Made by a program: the position numbers and the translations under genes. Positions 29,823 through 39,806 of a DNA stretch of 64,000 bases are shown here, in pieces. Where the stretch lies: positions 39,703 through 103,702 of the forward strand of contig JBAXEI010000002.1 in assembly GCA_037140515.1 (NCBI GenBank), given 5' to 3'. The notes beneath the pieces are model-generated. The model was not told where the DNA came from. It saw only the letters and a program-made list of their open reading frames with translations, and ran no database searches. Every line of letters begins with the position of its first letter. Within the stretch, counting starts at the first letter, position 1. This stretch comes from Candidatus Berkelbacteria bacterium. GTDB lineage: Bacteria; Patescibacteriota; UBA1384; XYA2-FULL-43-10; 1-14-0-10-43-13.

Positions 29823-30336
29823 CGAGAGATTCCAAGCTGTTTGTGCGGTTTTCATAGCAATTGCAGCGATTGTAGTCTGCTGGCAGTATGCGCTCCCATC
29901 ATACAACAAGAACGTATCAGATCAAGCAAAATATAAGGCTGATGTAGCTGCTGCCGACATTAAGCTCGCTTCTGTCAAGAAAAATGAGAAGGTTTTTAAC
30001 GACTCACAGACCAGCGCAACTATCAATTTACTCAACATTGCAATTCCTGAGGACAAGGATTTACCAAATCTTATAACAGAGCTAGAGGCAATCGCGACAA
30101 ATCATGGCATGTTTATCCCTGCGCCATCTATTACTGACGGCACAGACAACACAGTTATGATTTCTTTTGGAATATCCGGGACGCTACAGGAGCTAACAGA
30201 TTTCATGACAACAATCCAAAAAGATTTACGATTTTTCAATATCAAGAGCGTCAGCATGTCAACCTCAAAGGACATCGTAAACATGTCCCTCTCAATAGAA
30301 GCATACAAACGTGCTAGTAGCGCTGTGGCCAAATAA
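29806..30336 (+). CDS. Bitopic membrane protein, PilO-like (tentative).
   Basis: N-terminal TM AVCAVFIAIAAIVVCW. Overlaps the upstream gene by 17 nt. Lies in the pilus operon. Confidence 0.4.
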   Translation: MPKFNNERFQAVCAVFIAIAAIVVCWQYALPSYNKNVSDQAKYKADVAAADIKLASVKKNEKVFNDSQTSATINLLNIAIPEDKDLPNLITELEAIATNHGMFIPAPSITDGTDNTVMISFGISGTLQELTDFMTTIQKDLRFFNIKSVSMSTSKDIVNMSLSIEAYKRASSAVAK

Positions 30337-30347
30337 AGGAGAAAGCT

Positions 30348-30620
30348 ATGAAGACAAAATTAGATCCTAAAATTTTATCGCTTATCGGCGGCATCGCGGC
30401 CGTAGTCCTAGTGATTGGCGCATTTTTGTACATGTGGCAAAACGGTAAACCTGTAGCAGGGGAAAAAATAATCACAGATGTAAAATACAAGACTGTCGAA
30501 ATCGGTACGACTATTGCCGACGCCCAGATTATGATGAACAAATTATCGTCAAAAGCCACGCTACCAGTGACAGCACCGACAGCAGATAAAATTGGCAAAG
30601 ACAATCCATTTACTCCATAA
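30348..30620 (+). CDS. Small single-TM protein, possibly a PilP-like pilus accessory component.
   Basis: 90 aa with TM ILSLIGGIAAVVLVIGAFLYMW. Sits between the PilO-like gene and pilB. Confidence 0.35.
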   Translation: MKTKLDPKILSLIGGIAAVVLVIGAFLYMWQNGKPVAGEKIITDVKYKTVEIGTTIADAQIMMNKLSSKATLPVTAPTADKIGKDNPFTP

Positions 30621-30710
30621 ACTACGTATCTCTGACTTCCATCTAGAAAATTGTTTTGCTGAATAAAACAGTTTTGTTTCGGTAGAATTTAATCATCAAA
30701 AGTTTTTTGA

Positions 30711-33185
30711 ATGCCAACACAAACACAGAATTATAACTATCTCGATCCAGCTCTTACCAGCCAATCAGTTCTGGACGTTTTTGTGCTACAGGATTTGATT
30801 GATCCTGAGGATGCTAGGAAGCTGCAGAAGAAGCTAAAGACCAATCGTGAAATTGAGAATTTTTTGTTAAAAACAAAAATTGTTACCAAAGAAACGATCA
30901 ACAAGGCCTATGGCATCATGCTAAAACTGCCTTTTATCGAGATAAAAAATTTGGATATTCCTGAGTCAGTTTTGTCTATGGTTCCGGAGAAATTAGCACG
31001 AAAATACCAAATTATTCCGATCGGTATAGAGGACAATTTAGTTCGTGTCGCGACCGCCAATCCTGCCGATCTATTAGTCGGCTATGACACGGGAATCGGC
31101 AAGCTATTCGCAGAAAAAAAGTTGGAAATCGAGCTTTTTCTTACAGGAACAGCTGATTTCGAAGAAGCGGTCAAACAGTATCGAAAAGGTTATGAAAACG
31201 ATCTGCTGGTAAAGAAGGGCAGCGTACCTGCTATTTATTTGCGAAACCAGACGATCAAAGAGCAGTACCTGGACAAGATACCTCGAGATTTTATCGAAAA
31301 GTATAGAATGGTTGTTTTTGGTCAAAACAAAAAAGGCACATACCTTATCGCATGCGAGAAGCCAGATGATCCCGAGACGTTGAAAATTCTCAATTTCATA
31401 AGAAGTGAAAACAACATAAATTTTGAAAAATTTGGTACCTCTCGAGAAGATATAGACTTTGTAATCAATCTTTTGAACAATCCAAGCGGAGCACGCCAAA
31501 CACATGGTTCTCTCACTATAGAGACCAAATCTGCAGAAAATACGAATTGGGCAAATGACTCTGCAACTAGTACTGAGATGGCAAAGCTCAAAGGTCAAAA
31601 AGTTCAGAGAGGCAACACTGGTCCAACGCTGAAGGATGTATTCAAAAGCATGGTTAATACATCTTCGGAGGATACTTCTGGCGATATTACCATTGATAGC
31701 ACTGAAACAGAGAAAGAATACGAGGAAAGTCTTCATGAGACAGATATTGTTGAAGACAAAGGTGAAGTATCACCCAAAAATGATTTAGCCTCAACAACAG
31801 GTGCTCCCGAAGCTACTTCGGAAGTACTCCCTGACAATGAAAACCCTGAGGTGAAAAAGTCTGCTGATGCTCCGGAAGAAGCCTCTGATACTGAGGGGGA
31901 GATGGGCTCTTGGGTTGATGACAAAGACCTCGGGTCATTACTAACAAAAGAAATTCTGACAGAAGCCGATTTAGCCGAGGCCTCAAAACAAGGCTCTGTT
32001 CCACATATTGTGGCTGCTGTCCTCGACTATGCTCTAAATAATCGGTCTTCCGATGTCCACGTTGAGCCCGAGGCAAAAGTATTGCGAATTCGATGTCGTG
32101 TTGATGGAATCTTGAAAGATATTATGAAACTACCAATGAAGTTTCACCCTCCGTTTGTGAGTCGAATTAAGATCATGTCAAAACTGAAAATTGATGAAAC
32201 TAGAATTCCACAAGATGGACGATTTGATACTATATTCAAGGAGAGAGAAGTTGATGTTCGTGTTTCGACTTTGCCGACTGTTCATGGTGAAAAGATCGTG
32301 ATGAGAGTTTTGGACAAGAGTCAAGGGATTCTTTCTCTTGAAGATCTTGGTATGCAGGGTAGCGCATTTGAGGAGACAATAGCCGCTATCAAGAAACCAT
32401 ATGGCGTAATCCTCGCTACCGGTCCTACTGGCTCAGGTAAATCCACGACACTATATGCGGTCTTGAACAGAATTAGTTTGCCGGGTGTGAATATTGTGAC
32501 GCTTGAGGATCCAGTCGAGTACGAAATACCAGGGATAAATCAGTGTCAGATAAAGCCAGAAATCGGCTTCACCTTCGCTTCAGGCTTGAGAAGCATTTTG
32601 CGCCAAGATCCAAATGTGATCATGGTTGGTGAGATCCGCGATGGTGAAACCGCTGGCATGGTTACGCATGCGGCTTTGACCGGCCACTTGGTTCTCTCGA
32701 CCTTGCATACAAACGATACTGCTGGAGCTCTGCCTCGCATGATAAATATGGGCGTAGAACCTTTTCTCATTACTTCCTCGATAAATCTCATAGTGGCACA
32801 GCGTTTGGTCCGAAGAATATGTCCGAAATGTAAAGAGGAGATGGTGGTCCCACAGAAGCTAATGGATGAGCTGAAGGCTGAGCTTGATCTGATTCCGGCG
32901 ACAAACGTAAAAGACCGAGAAAGAATTCCAGCGGAGCTAAAGCTTTATCATGGCAGAGGATGTTCTGACTGTCACGATGGCTACAAAGGCCGCGTTGGCA
33001 TATATGAAGTCATGACGATGAATCCAGATATTGAGGAGCTTGCAATAGAGAAAAAATCTGCAAATGATATCAAGGAAGCATCAATCAAAAATGGCATGAT
33101 CACGATGAAACAGGACGGAATCATCAAAGCATTTATGGGCGAGACAACCGTCGATGAGATCTTCCAAGCGGTTGTGGCTGATTAG
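30711..33185 (+). CDS. pilB: Type IV pilus assembly ATPase (PilB/GspE family) with a duplicated N-terminal GSPII_E_N domain and a ~170-aa acidic low-complexity insertion.
   Basis: Walker A ILATGPTGSGKSTTL. Asp/His boxes. Tetracysteine motif CPKCKEE...CSDCHDGYKGRVGIYEV. The N-terminal N1 domain ends near aa 250 and a second N1-like domain resumes at about aa 430. Confidence 0.9.
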   Translation: MPTQTQNYNYLDPALTSQSVLDVFVLQDLIDPEDARKLQKKLKTNREIENFLLKTKIVTKETINKAYGIMLKLPFIEIKNLDIPESVLSMVPEKLARKYQIIPIGIEDNLVRVATANPADLLVGYDTGIGKLFAEKKLEIELFLTGTADFEEAVKQYRKGYENDLLVKKGSVPAIYLRNQTIKEQYLDKIPRDFIEKYRMVVFGQNKKGTYLIACEKPDDPETLKILNFIRSENNINFEKFGTSREDIDFVINLLNNPSGARQTHGSLTIETKSAENTNWANDSATSTEMAKLKGQKVQRGNTGPTLKDVFKSMVNTSSEDTSGDITIDSTETEKEYEESLHETDIVEDKGEVSPKNDLASTTGAPEATSEVLPDNENPEVKKSADAPEEASDTEGEMGSWVDDKDLGSLLTKEILTEADLAEASKQGSVPHIVAAVLDYALNNRSSDVHVEPEAKVLRIRCRVDGILKDIMKLPMKFHPPFVSRIKIMSKLKIDETRIPQDGRFDTIFKEREVDVRVSTLPTVHGEKIVMRVLDKSQGILSLEDLGMQGSAFEETIAAIKKPYGVILATGPTGSGKSTTLYAVLNRISLPGVNIVTLEDPVEYEIPGINQCQIKPEIGFTFASGLRSILRQDPNVIMVGEIRDGETAGMVTHAALTGHLVLSTLHTNDTAGALPRMINMGVEPFLITSSINLIVAQRLVRRICPKCKEEMVVPQKLMDELKAELDLIPATNVKDRERIPAELKLYHGRGCSDCHDGYKGRVGIYEVMTMNPDIEELAIEKKSANDIKEASIKNGMITMKQDGIIKAFMGETTVDEIFQAVVAD

Positions 33186-33252
33186 CAAATTTCTTGCATG
33201 TGGAGAATAATATAGATATACTGTAAACAGAATATAAAGACTTTGGAGGGGT

Positions 33253-34320
33253 ATGACAGAGACAAAAGGTAGCGAGATTTCGACATATCTGAACTATGCT
33301 ATCAGTAACAATGCATCAGATATTCACATAAACGTTGGCGTGCCAGTAAACGTTCGTATTGATGGTAAGCTTATGCCTATTCCAGAGGCCTTGAAGGTTG
33401 ATGAGCTCAAGGCAAAGGAGCTGGTTTCCGCATTTACTCCGCCAGATATGCTTTTGTCGCTCAAGCAGAAACGGGAGATAGACTTTTCGTTTGGTTTCCA
33501 GAGCATGCGTTTTCGTGCGAATGTCTTTTATCAAAAAGGTTCTATCTGTGCTTCATTGCGTTTGATTCCAAAAGAGCTTCGTAGCTTCGCTGACCTTGGT
33601 CTGCCGCCAATTCTTGAAAAGTTTACAGAGCACAGCCAAGGGTTTGTAATCATCACCGGTCCTACTGGCTCAGGTAAGTCAACAACTCTCGCTGCTATGA
33701 TCGACAAGATAAATAGCGAAAAGCGAAAACACATTATCACTATCGAAGATCCTATAGAGTATGTATTTGAGCACAAACAATCTCTTATTTCGCAGCGTGA
33801 AGTCGGCTCAGATACAAATTCCTTCGCTCGAGCACTACGCTCTTCGCTTCGTGAAGATCCAGATGTCGTTCTGATCGGTGAAATGCGAGATCTCGAAACT
33901 ATCGAGGCGGCTATCACTCTTGCTGAAACAGGTCACCTAGTTCTTACGACTTTGCATACAAACTCTGCTGCTCAAACTGCAGACCGTATCGTAAATGTCT
34001 TCCCACCTCACATGCAGCAACAAATTTCTAGTCAGCTTGCATCAGTTCTTCTTGGGGTCGTTTCTCAGCGTTTGATTCCGAAGATAAATGGCGGACGCGT
34101 TATGGCTGCTGAGATCATGATTGCAAACACCGCTATCAAAAGCTTGATCCGTGATGGCAAGAATTACCAAATTCCAAATGTCATCTCGACTTCAGCCGCT
34201 GATGGTATGATCAGTCTCGATAAAGTGCTTGCAGAGTATGTTTCAAGAGGGGATATCTCACTTGAAGAAGCGCTAAACTTTTCACTTGATCCAAAAACTT
34301 TCAAGATGATGGTATACTAA
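33253..34320 (+). CDS. pilT: Type IV pilus retraction ATPase (twitching motility protein).
   Basis: FVIITGPTGSGKSTTLAAMIDKIN, ITIEDPIEYVF, GEMRDLETIEAAITLAETGHLVLTTLHTNSAAQTADRI. 355 aa and no N-terminal extension. Confidence 0.9.
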   Translation: MTETKGSEISTYLNYAISNNASDIHINVGVPVNVRIDGKLMPIPEALKVDELKAKELVSAFTPPDMLLSLKQKREIDFSFGFQSMRFRANVFYQKGSICASLRLIPKELRSFADLGLPPILEKFTEHSQGFVIITGPTGSGKSTTLAAMIDKINSEKRKHIITIEDPIEYVFEHKQSLISQREVGSDTNSFARALRSSLREDPDVVLIGEMRDLETIEAAITLAETGHLVLTTLHTNSAAQTADRIVNVFPPHMQQQISSQLASVLLGVVSQRLIPKINGGRVMAAEIMIANTAIKSLIRDGKNYQIPNVISTSAADGMISLDKVLAEYVSRGDISLEEALNFSLDPKTFKMMVY

Positions 34321-34343
34321 TATCAATTAATCACACCCAATAA

Positions 34344-35546
34344 ATGCCACGTTATCTTTACAAGGCAAAAAACAATAAGAGCGAGATTGTAACTGGTACA
34401 GTTCGCGCAGACAATCAGATCGAAGCTGAGAAGCTTTTGGTTCGGCATGACTTTGTGCCTATTGAGATTACACCAGAGCAGAAAAAAAGCTTTGGCTCTA
34501 TGCTTTTCAACAAAGTATCGGTCAAGGACAAGGCAGTTTTCTCGCGTCAGCTCGCTACAATGCTAAATGCTGGCTTACCACTGACCAAGGCGATCAGTAT
34601 TCTCGCAAAACAGGCAAAAACAGAGCATTTACGTCAAATATTTGTTGATATTTATACTGATCTTCAAGAAGGCTACAATTTTTCATCGGCCTTATCCAAG
34701 CATCCCGAGGCATTTGATCGTGTCTTTGTAAGTATCGTGAATTCCGGCGAAACGACCGGTAAACTCGACGTTGTTTTGAGCGAGCTAGCTGAGCAAATGG
34801 AAAATGATAGCTCATTTCTGAGCAAGGTTTACTCCGCGCTGTATTACCCTGCATTTATCTTTGTCGCACTTATCGGCGCTGCAGTAGTCATGATGATTAT
34901 GGTCGTCCCTAAGCTAAAAGGAATGTTTACCGAAAACGCGACCGAGCTGCCTGTAATTACGAAAATACTACTTTCTATGTCCGCCTTTATGGTTTCATAT
35001 TGGTGGCTACTTCTTATTATATTGGTCGCGCTTATAGTCTTTTTGAAATCGTGGCTCGGCACAGAGAAAGGTTCTAGAGCTATTCACTCTCTTCAGATTA
35101 CTATTCCAGGACTAAAAAATATCTTTGAAGGTATTTATATGTACCGCTTTACTAGGACACTGGCGATGCTTATTGGCGCTGGCGTCCCTTTGCTTGATGC
35201 GCTTCACATCAGCGCTACTGTTATGGATAATCCACTCTACGAAGACGCGATCAATCGTGTCTCCTCGCAGGTAGAAAAAGGTATGTCTCTATCTACTCAG
35301 CTCATGAAAGAAAAGTATTTTCCACCACTTGTCGGTAATATGGCGGCAGTTGGTGAAGAGACGGGTGAGCTGGATAAAGTTCTGATAAAAGTTTCTGAGT
35401 ACTACGCTCAGGCGACGTCTGATCTGACGAAGGCTGTGACTTCGCTTGTCGAACCAGCGGTCCTTTTGCTGGTCGCTGCTGGTGTTGTTTTTCTCGTATT
35501 TGCAATCTATATGCCAGTCATACAGATGAGTAATTTTGGTGGCTAA
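34344..35546 (+). CDS. pilC: Type IV pilus platform protein (PilC/GspF family).
   Basis: Two T2SSF repeats, three TM segments and conserved GxxLxxALxI regions. Confidence 0.9.
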   Translation: MPRYLYKAKNNKSEIVTGTVRADNQIEAEKLLVRHDFVPIEITPEQKKSFGSMLFNKVSVKDKAVFSRQLATMLNAGLPLTKAISILAKQAKTEHLRQIFVDIYTDLQEGYNFSSALSKHPEAFDRVFVSIVNSGETTGKLDVVLSELAEQMENDSSFLSKVYSALYYPAFIFVALIGAAVVMMIMVVPKLKGMFTENATELPVITKILLSMSAFMVSYWWLLLIILVALIVFLKSWLGTEKGSRAIHSLQITIPGLKNIFEGIYMYRFTRTLAMLIGAGVPLLDALHISATVMDNPLYEDAINRVSSQVEKGMSLSTQLMKEKYFPPLVGNMAAVGEETGELDKVLIKVSEYYAQATSDLTKAVTSLVEPAVLLLVAAGVVFLVFAIYMPVIQMSNFGG

Positions 35547-35715
35547 TATTTGCATGGTTTTTGGAAATAGCTTATAATATTTATAAATAAATTATCAATA
35601 TTAATGTCTTTGCTCGGTCGATCAAAGCTTTATATAAAAAATTTGCTTCTTGTTAAGCAGACTTGAAGCAAGCAGATATCTGCTTTTAGAAAATATGAAA
35701 ATGGAGGGAAGAAAA

Positions 35716-36177
35716 ATGAAAAAGTTAAAAGGTTTTACGCTTGTAGAGCTTTTGGTAGTTATCGCGGTCATTGGTATCTTGTCAGCTGTAGTTATCTTGA
35801 ACACAAACAGTGCCAAGGTAAAAGCTAGAGAAGCCAACATGAAGACAACTCTCGATACTGTCCAAAATATCGGTGTCTTGTGTGCTGACGGTACTACGGT
35901 TGGTAATCTAGATTCCGCTGACGCCTATGTTGCAAAGTCAACTGGTACGACAACGACTCCAGCTATTTGCAACGGTGCAAGTCCAGCTATCACTGATGTC
36001 TGGCCTGTACCTGAGTCTGGCTACTACTATGCAGTCAAGAGCGGTAGTTCCGCAGACCCTACACTCAAGGATTGGCGTATCTATGCTTCTAAGGTTGGAA
36101 CAGCAGGAACCTATGTTTCAACAGACACACCAGTGATAATGTGCTCTGCTTCGAAGTGTTCAACCAATGCGTTTTAG
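35716..36177 (+). CDS. Type IV major pilin (class III signal peptide).
   Basis: MKKLKGF/TLVELLVVIAVIGILSAVV prepilin leader with the G-1/F+1/E+5 signature. C-terminal Cys pair. GGAGGG RBS. The ORF track begins upstream at 35650. Confidence 0.85.
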   Translation: MKKLKGFTLVELLVVIAVIGILSAVVILNTNSAKVKAREANMKTTLDTVQNIGVLCADGTTVGNLDSADAYVAKSTGTTTTPAICNGASPAITDVWPVPESGYYYAVKSGSSADPTLKDWRIYASKVGTAGTYVSTDTPVIMCSASKCSTNAF

Positions 36178-36193
36178 TTTTACGTTCTTTTAC

Positions 36194-36217
36194 GTTCGGC
36201 AAAGATCTTTGCCGAAC
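36194..36217 (+). terminator. Perfect 24-bp palindrome/hairpin immediately after the pilin gene. A possible terminator or protein-binding site, though it lacks a T-run.
   Basis: gttcggcaaaga|tctttgccgaac. A 12-bp perfect inverted repeat centred on agatct. Confidence 0.35.
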
Positions 36218-36439
36218 TAAAAGAGGGCAAAGTTTACAAATAGATAGATAATCGAGAGTCGGGACTTGCGGCTTAGGACCAAGGGCTCGGTATTATATCT
36301 TGTCATCCCGTACTGCGGCATGAGATACGGGATCTTGAGCAAAATTTCAAAAAGTATACGCGCAAGATTCCTGCTTCCGCAGGAATGACATGAAAAAAGC
36401 TATCACTAACGCAAGCCCACTTGCAGAAATGGATTTACG

Positions 36440-37216
36440 ATGGATGCATACTATTTAATTTTCTTATTTATATTGGGCCTAGCGATCGGCTCTTTTCTAA
36501 ATGTCGTCATTTTCCGAATGGATGAGCTGAAGACGATTCTTTATGATCGTTCGCATTGCCCATCTTGCAAGAAAATACTCAAATGGTATGACCTAATTCC
36601 TTTTCTTTCATTTGTAATGCTCCGGGCGAAGTGCCGATATTGTGGTAAGGGGATTTCTTATCAATATCCTATAGTTGAGCTATGCACGGGACTACTATTT
36701 GCCTTTCTTTTCTTATTCTTTGGTATTAGCTGGACTCTAGTCGTCTACCTAATAATTTTTTGCATTCTTATTGTTGTCTTCGTTTATGACTTGAAGACAC
36801 AAACTGTGCCAGAGATATTCGTTTGGATCGCTCTAATACTGTCTGCGGCTTTTGGCTGGTACTTTGGCCATTTTAGTTTTATTGAAATGATTCTTGGTGG
36901 CTTGGTCGGCGGCGGATTTCTTGCAATATTGGTCTTGGCTTCGAAGGAAAAGTGGATGGGCGCCGGAGATATTAAGATCGGCTTGATCCTAGGCTTTTTG
37001 CTTGGCTACCCAAACGCACTGTTTGCTATGTTTTCTGCCTTTGTCCTTGGCTCGCTTGTCGGCCTCTTGTATGTCTATCTGAAAAATAAATCTATTAAGC
37101 GTGAATATCTGAAAGAATCTCTGCCTTTTGCACCATTTCTGATCTTCGCGACACTTATCGGTCTCGTTTATGGGCCACAGATTGTTGCATGGTATTTGGG
37201 CGGAATGTATTACTAA
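36440..37216 (+). CDS. pilD: Prepilin peptidase (A24 family, PilD).
   Basis: N-terminal CPSC...CRYC zinc motif. Catalytic Asp boxes VYDLKTQTVP and GAGDIKIG. Eight TM segments. Confidence 0.9.
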   Translation: MDAYYLIFLFILGLAIGSFLNVVIFRMDELKTILYDRSHCPSCKKILKWYDLIPFLSFVMLRAKCRYCGKGISYQYPIVELCTGLLFAFLFLFFGISWTLVVYLIIFCILIVVFVYDLKTQTVPEIFVWIALILSAAFGWYFGHFSFIEMILGGLVGGGFLAILVLASKEKWMGAGDIKIGLILGFLLGYPNALFAMFSAFVLGSLVGLLYVYLKNKSIKREYLKESLPFAPFLIFATLIGLVYGPQIVAWYLGGMYY

Positions 37217-37232
37217 AGCCTTGGAGGGCAAT

Positions 37233-37766
37233 ATGAAATCACGAAAAGCATTTACTCTCATCGAGCTACTGGTCGTCATTGCTGTGATCGGTATACTCTC
37301 TGCTGTAGTTGCTATCAGCACAAATGGCGCAAAGATAAAGGCTCGTGATGCACAGAGAAAAGGGGACCTGCTAAAAATTGCTTCTGCGCTGGAAATATAC
37401 AGAACGGATAATAAGTCCTATCCGTCATACTCGACTACTGCGAAACAGACTGTGCTTAATCTTGCACTTACTAATTCTCTAGTCCCCACATATCTCCCAA
37501 CCATGCCTACTGATCCTCAGAATAGCTCTTCTGTTTATTACGATCAGCAGTATGTATATACTTCTGATAGCACTACGGCGAATCCAGCCGTTCCAGTAAA
37601 ATCAACAAAATTCTCATTGTATGCTGTGCTCGAGAGGCCAAGCTCTGCCGACACTGCTACTGTACCAGTGCAGGCCACGACGTTGTGTCCAAAGTTTCCC
37701 TCCGGTAATCAAGTTTCTTCTCCTGTGAAATCGCCATCATATGCCGTAGTCGGAAATTGTAAATAA
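37233..37766 (+). CDS. Pilin-like/pseudopilin protein (minor pilin).
   Basis: MKSRKAFTLIELLVVIAVIGILSAVV prepilin leader. The ORF track starts at 37170, overlapping pilD. Confidence 0.75.
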   Translation: MKSRKAFTLIELLVVIAVIGILSAVVAISTNGAKIKARDAQRKGDLLKIASALEIYRTDNKSYPSYSTTAKQTVLNLALTNSLVPTYLPTMPTDPQNSSSVYYDQQYVYTSDSTTANPAVPVKSTKFSLYAVLERPSSADTATVPVQATTLCPKFPSGNQVSSPVKSPSYAVVGNCK

Positions 37767-38378
37767 ATGATGAAAAAGGCATACACACTAATCGAGCTTT
37801 TGGTCGTAATCTCCATAATCGGCTTTATGGCTATCTATTGTGTTCCTGCTTTTGCGAAGTTTGGCCGTAGTAGTGATTTCAAACAGAAGTCAGATGAGGT
37901 GAAAATTCTGATGCAGCGAACTTATGCGCTCTCCAGAAGCCCAGAAAATACGAGAGTACAGTACTATCGTATGAGGGTTGATAGTCAAGCGTTTGTTCTT
38001 GAGAGAACTGAAAAAGTCTCGCCTGTACTTTCTGCTGACTGGACTGAAGTCAGTCGAGTAGAGAAGCTGCTAAATAGTCCCGCAGGATCAGGTACGGCAA
38101 ATAACCTTCAAACAATTCAATGTGATAATGCACCCGGAAACACTGCTTGCGTGATACTTACATGTTCTGTCAATCCACAAAAGAAGTGTGATATCTCAAC
38201 TATTCCAACTGCGCCAATCACTACAATGTCCCAGATATCTCTTCGCGATTATAAAATATCTGGGATGAAAAACTTAGCCAACTTCACTTTCGAAGGAGTG
38301 AACAAGGATGGTGCTTATGATAGTGGCTTTAAGAGCAACAGCCCCTTTAATGTAGTGTTGACCTATACCCAAATATGA
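37767..38378 (+). CDS. Minor pilin/pseudopilin.
   Basis: MMKKAYTLIELLVVISIIGFMA prepilin leader. Confidence 0.7.
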   Translation: MMKKAYTLIELLVVISIIGFMAIYCVPAFAKFGRSSDFKQKSDEVKILMQRTYALSRSPENTRVQYYRMRVDSQAFVLERTEKVSPVLSADWTEVSRVEKLLNSPAGSGTANNLQTIQCDNAPGNTACVILTCSVNPQKKCDISTIPTAPITTMSQISLRDYKISGMKNLANFTFEGVNKDGAYDSGFKSNSPFNVVLTYTQI

Positions 38379-38944
38379 TGATGAAAAATACAAAAAAAGC
38401 TTTTAGTCTTATCGAAGTCCTGCTTGCAGCGACTATTATTGTGATACTACTCTATGCGCTTGTGGCAGCAGGCAGATCAGCTCTTCGGAACTCATCGTCA
38501 ATACATGAAAAAGCTCAAGCAATGTTACTGGCTCAGCAAGGTCTTGAGATTGTTCGTCAAATCCGTGATACAAATTGGATCGACGCAAATCAGCAGAATT
38601 GGAGCAACTTTTCCTTTGATACTACTGAAAAGTGGAGAGACAAAAGTGGCTCAGATATGAAAATTAAATTTGATTCACTTTCTGAGGCGAAGAGGCCATT
38701 CCTCGATGTTTTAGCCGCACCTGCCGATTATGAAATTATTTCCGTAGATAATCTTGAGTACCATAGGATAGTCAAGTATGTGAAGCTTGCTTCTGCAAAT
38801 ATGCCAGAGGGCATCGGTAGCGGAGGAGCGATCCAGCCCGCGGATAATGCCGTGAAGGTAACCGTCACCGTCAGCTGGGATACAGGGACACCACAATCGC
38901 TTAGCATCAGCGAAGTATTAACAAATTGGCGACCAAATTACTAA
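38375..38944 (+). CDS. Minor pilin/pseudopilin (PilW/GspJ-like).
   Basis: KKAFSLIEVLLAATIIVILL N-methylation-type leader. Overlaps the upstream gene by 4 nt. Confidence 0.65.
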   Translation: MMMKNTKKAFSLIEVLLAATIIVILLYALVAAGRSALRNSSSIHEKAQAMLLAQQGLEIVRQIRDTNWIDANQQNWSNFSFDTTEKWRDKSGSDMKIKFDSLSEAKRPFLDVLAAPADYEIISVDNLEYHRIVKYVKLASANMPEGIGSGGAIQPADNAVKVTVTVSWDTGTPQSLSISEVLTNWRPNY

Positions 38945-38945
38945 A

Positions 38946-39707
38946 ATGACTCAAAAAACCAACAAAAAATCAAAAGCGTTCACTCTTCTTGAGCTGCTAG
39001 TCGCCACAACTATTTTTGGCATTGTGATGATGATGGCGATGAGCGCTATTACAGATAGTGCAAACTATTTGGCGAAGCTCAAGGCGATGCGTGTTGCCTC
39101 TGAAGAATCCAGAAGAATTGCGGATATTCTTGGCGAAAATATCAAGAACGCAAATAGCGAGATTAGCGTCACGTTCACCTCTGGCGGTATAGTACATACT
39201 GGCGAGCTATACAAATCTGGCATAGCCTTATTTAGTTGTACAGCAGCTGGAGCGTGCGATGCTACTCATTCTACTATTTTCGACCAATCGATGAGCGATT
39301 CAAACGCAGCTGCATTTGGTGCAAACACTCTTGTTCTCGGCGAAAAAGACACTAGTGGCAATCTTGTTTACAAGGTGTATTACAATAATAAGGATGAAGC
39401 TGAGCCAAAGCTATACTATTGGGAAGGAAGTTCCTTGGTTCTTGACTATAATTTTTTTAGTACTCTGATGGTAGATGCAAACGTGATCGCAGGTGGTGCG
39501 GTTGCCGATCTCGATTTACAAAATAATATTATAATAAAATTTGGGGGATATGCACCAAATAGCGTTACTATGCTGGACTCTGCGCAGCGTCAGCAATCCT
39601 ATGTTTTTTACAATATAAACGTAAATACTCGCGGTACTGGCCTGAAACGGCAAGAGCTTTTCAATATCAACGTCTTGTCTGGCGTTACCTCTAGGAATTA
39701 TAACTAA
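38946..39707 (+). CDS. Minor pilin/pseudopilin.
   Basis: KSKAFTLLELLVATTIFGIVMMMAM leader. Confidence 0.7.
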   Translation: MTQKTNKKSKAFTLLELLVATTIFGIVMMMAMSAITDSANYLAKLKAMRVASEESRRIADILGENIKNANSEISVTFTSGGIVHTGELYKSGIALFSCTAAGACDATHSTIFDQSMSDSNAAAFGANTLVLGEKDTSGNLVYKVYYNNKDEAEPKLYYWEGSSLVLDYNFFSTLMVDANVIAGGAVADLDLQNNIIIKFGGYAPNSVTMLDSAQRQQSYVFYNINVNTRGTGLKRQELFNINVLSGVTSRNYN

Positions 39708-39806
39708 TGATCGGGCTACGTGTGCTGGTTTTCCAAGTAATTGCTTGCTAGTTTCACCATTTTGAGCTATTTTTAGATAGATAAACTATTTATTTTGGAG
39801 ATCACT

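Noticed and set aside
36178-36439. c-di-GMP-I (GEMM) riboswitch upstream of pilus genes.
   Set aside because: Only partial matches (AGGGCAAA, GGGAC). The conserved GCAAAGCC core is absent.
39708-39806. T-box leader upstream of trpS.
   Set aside because: The gap is only ~100 nt and lacks a specifier/antiterminator T-box consensus. Too short for a T-box riboswitch.
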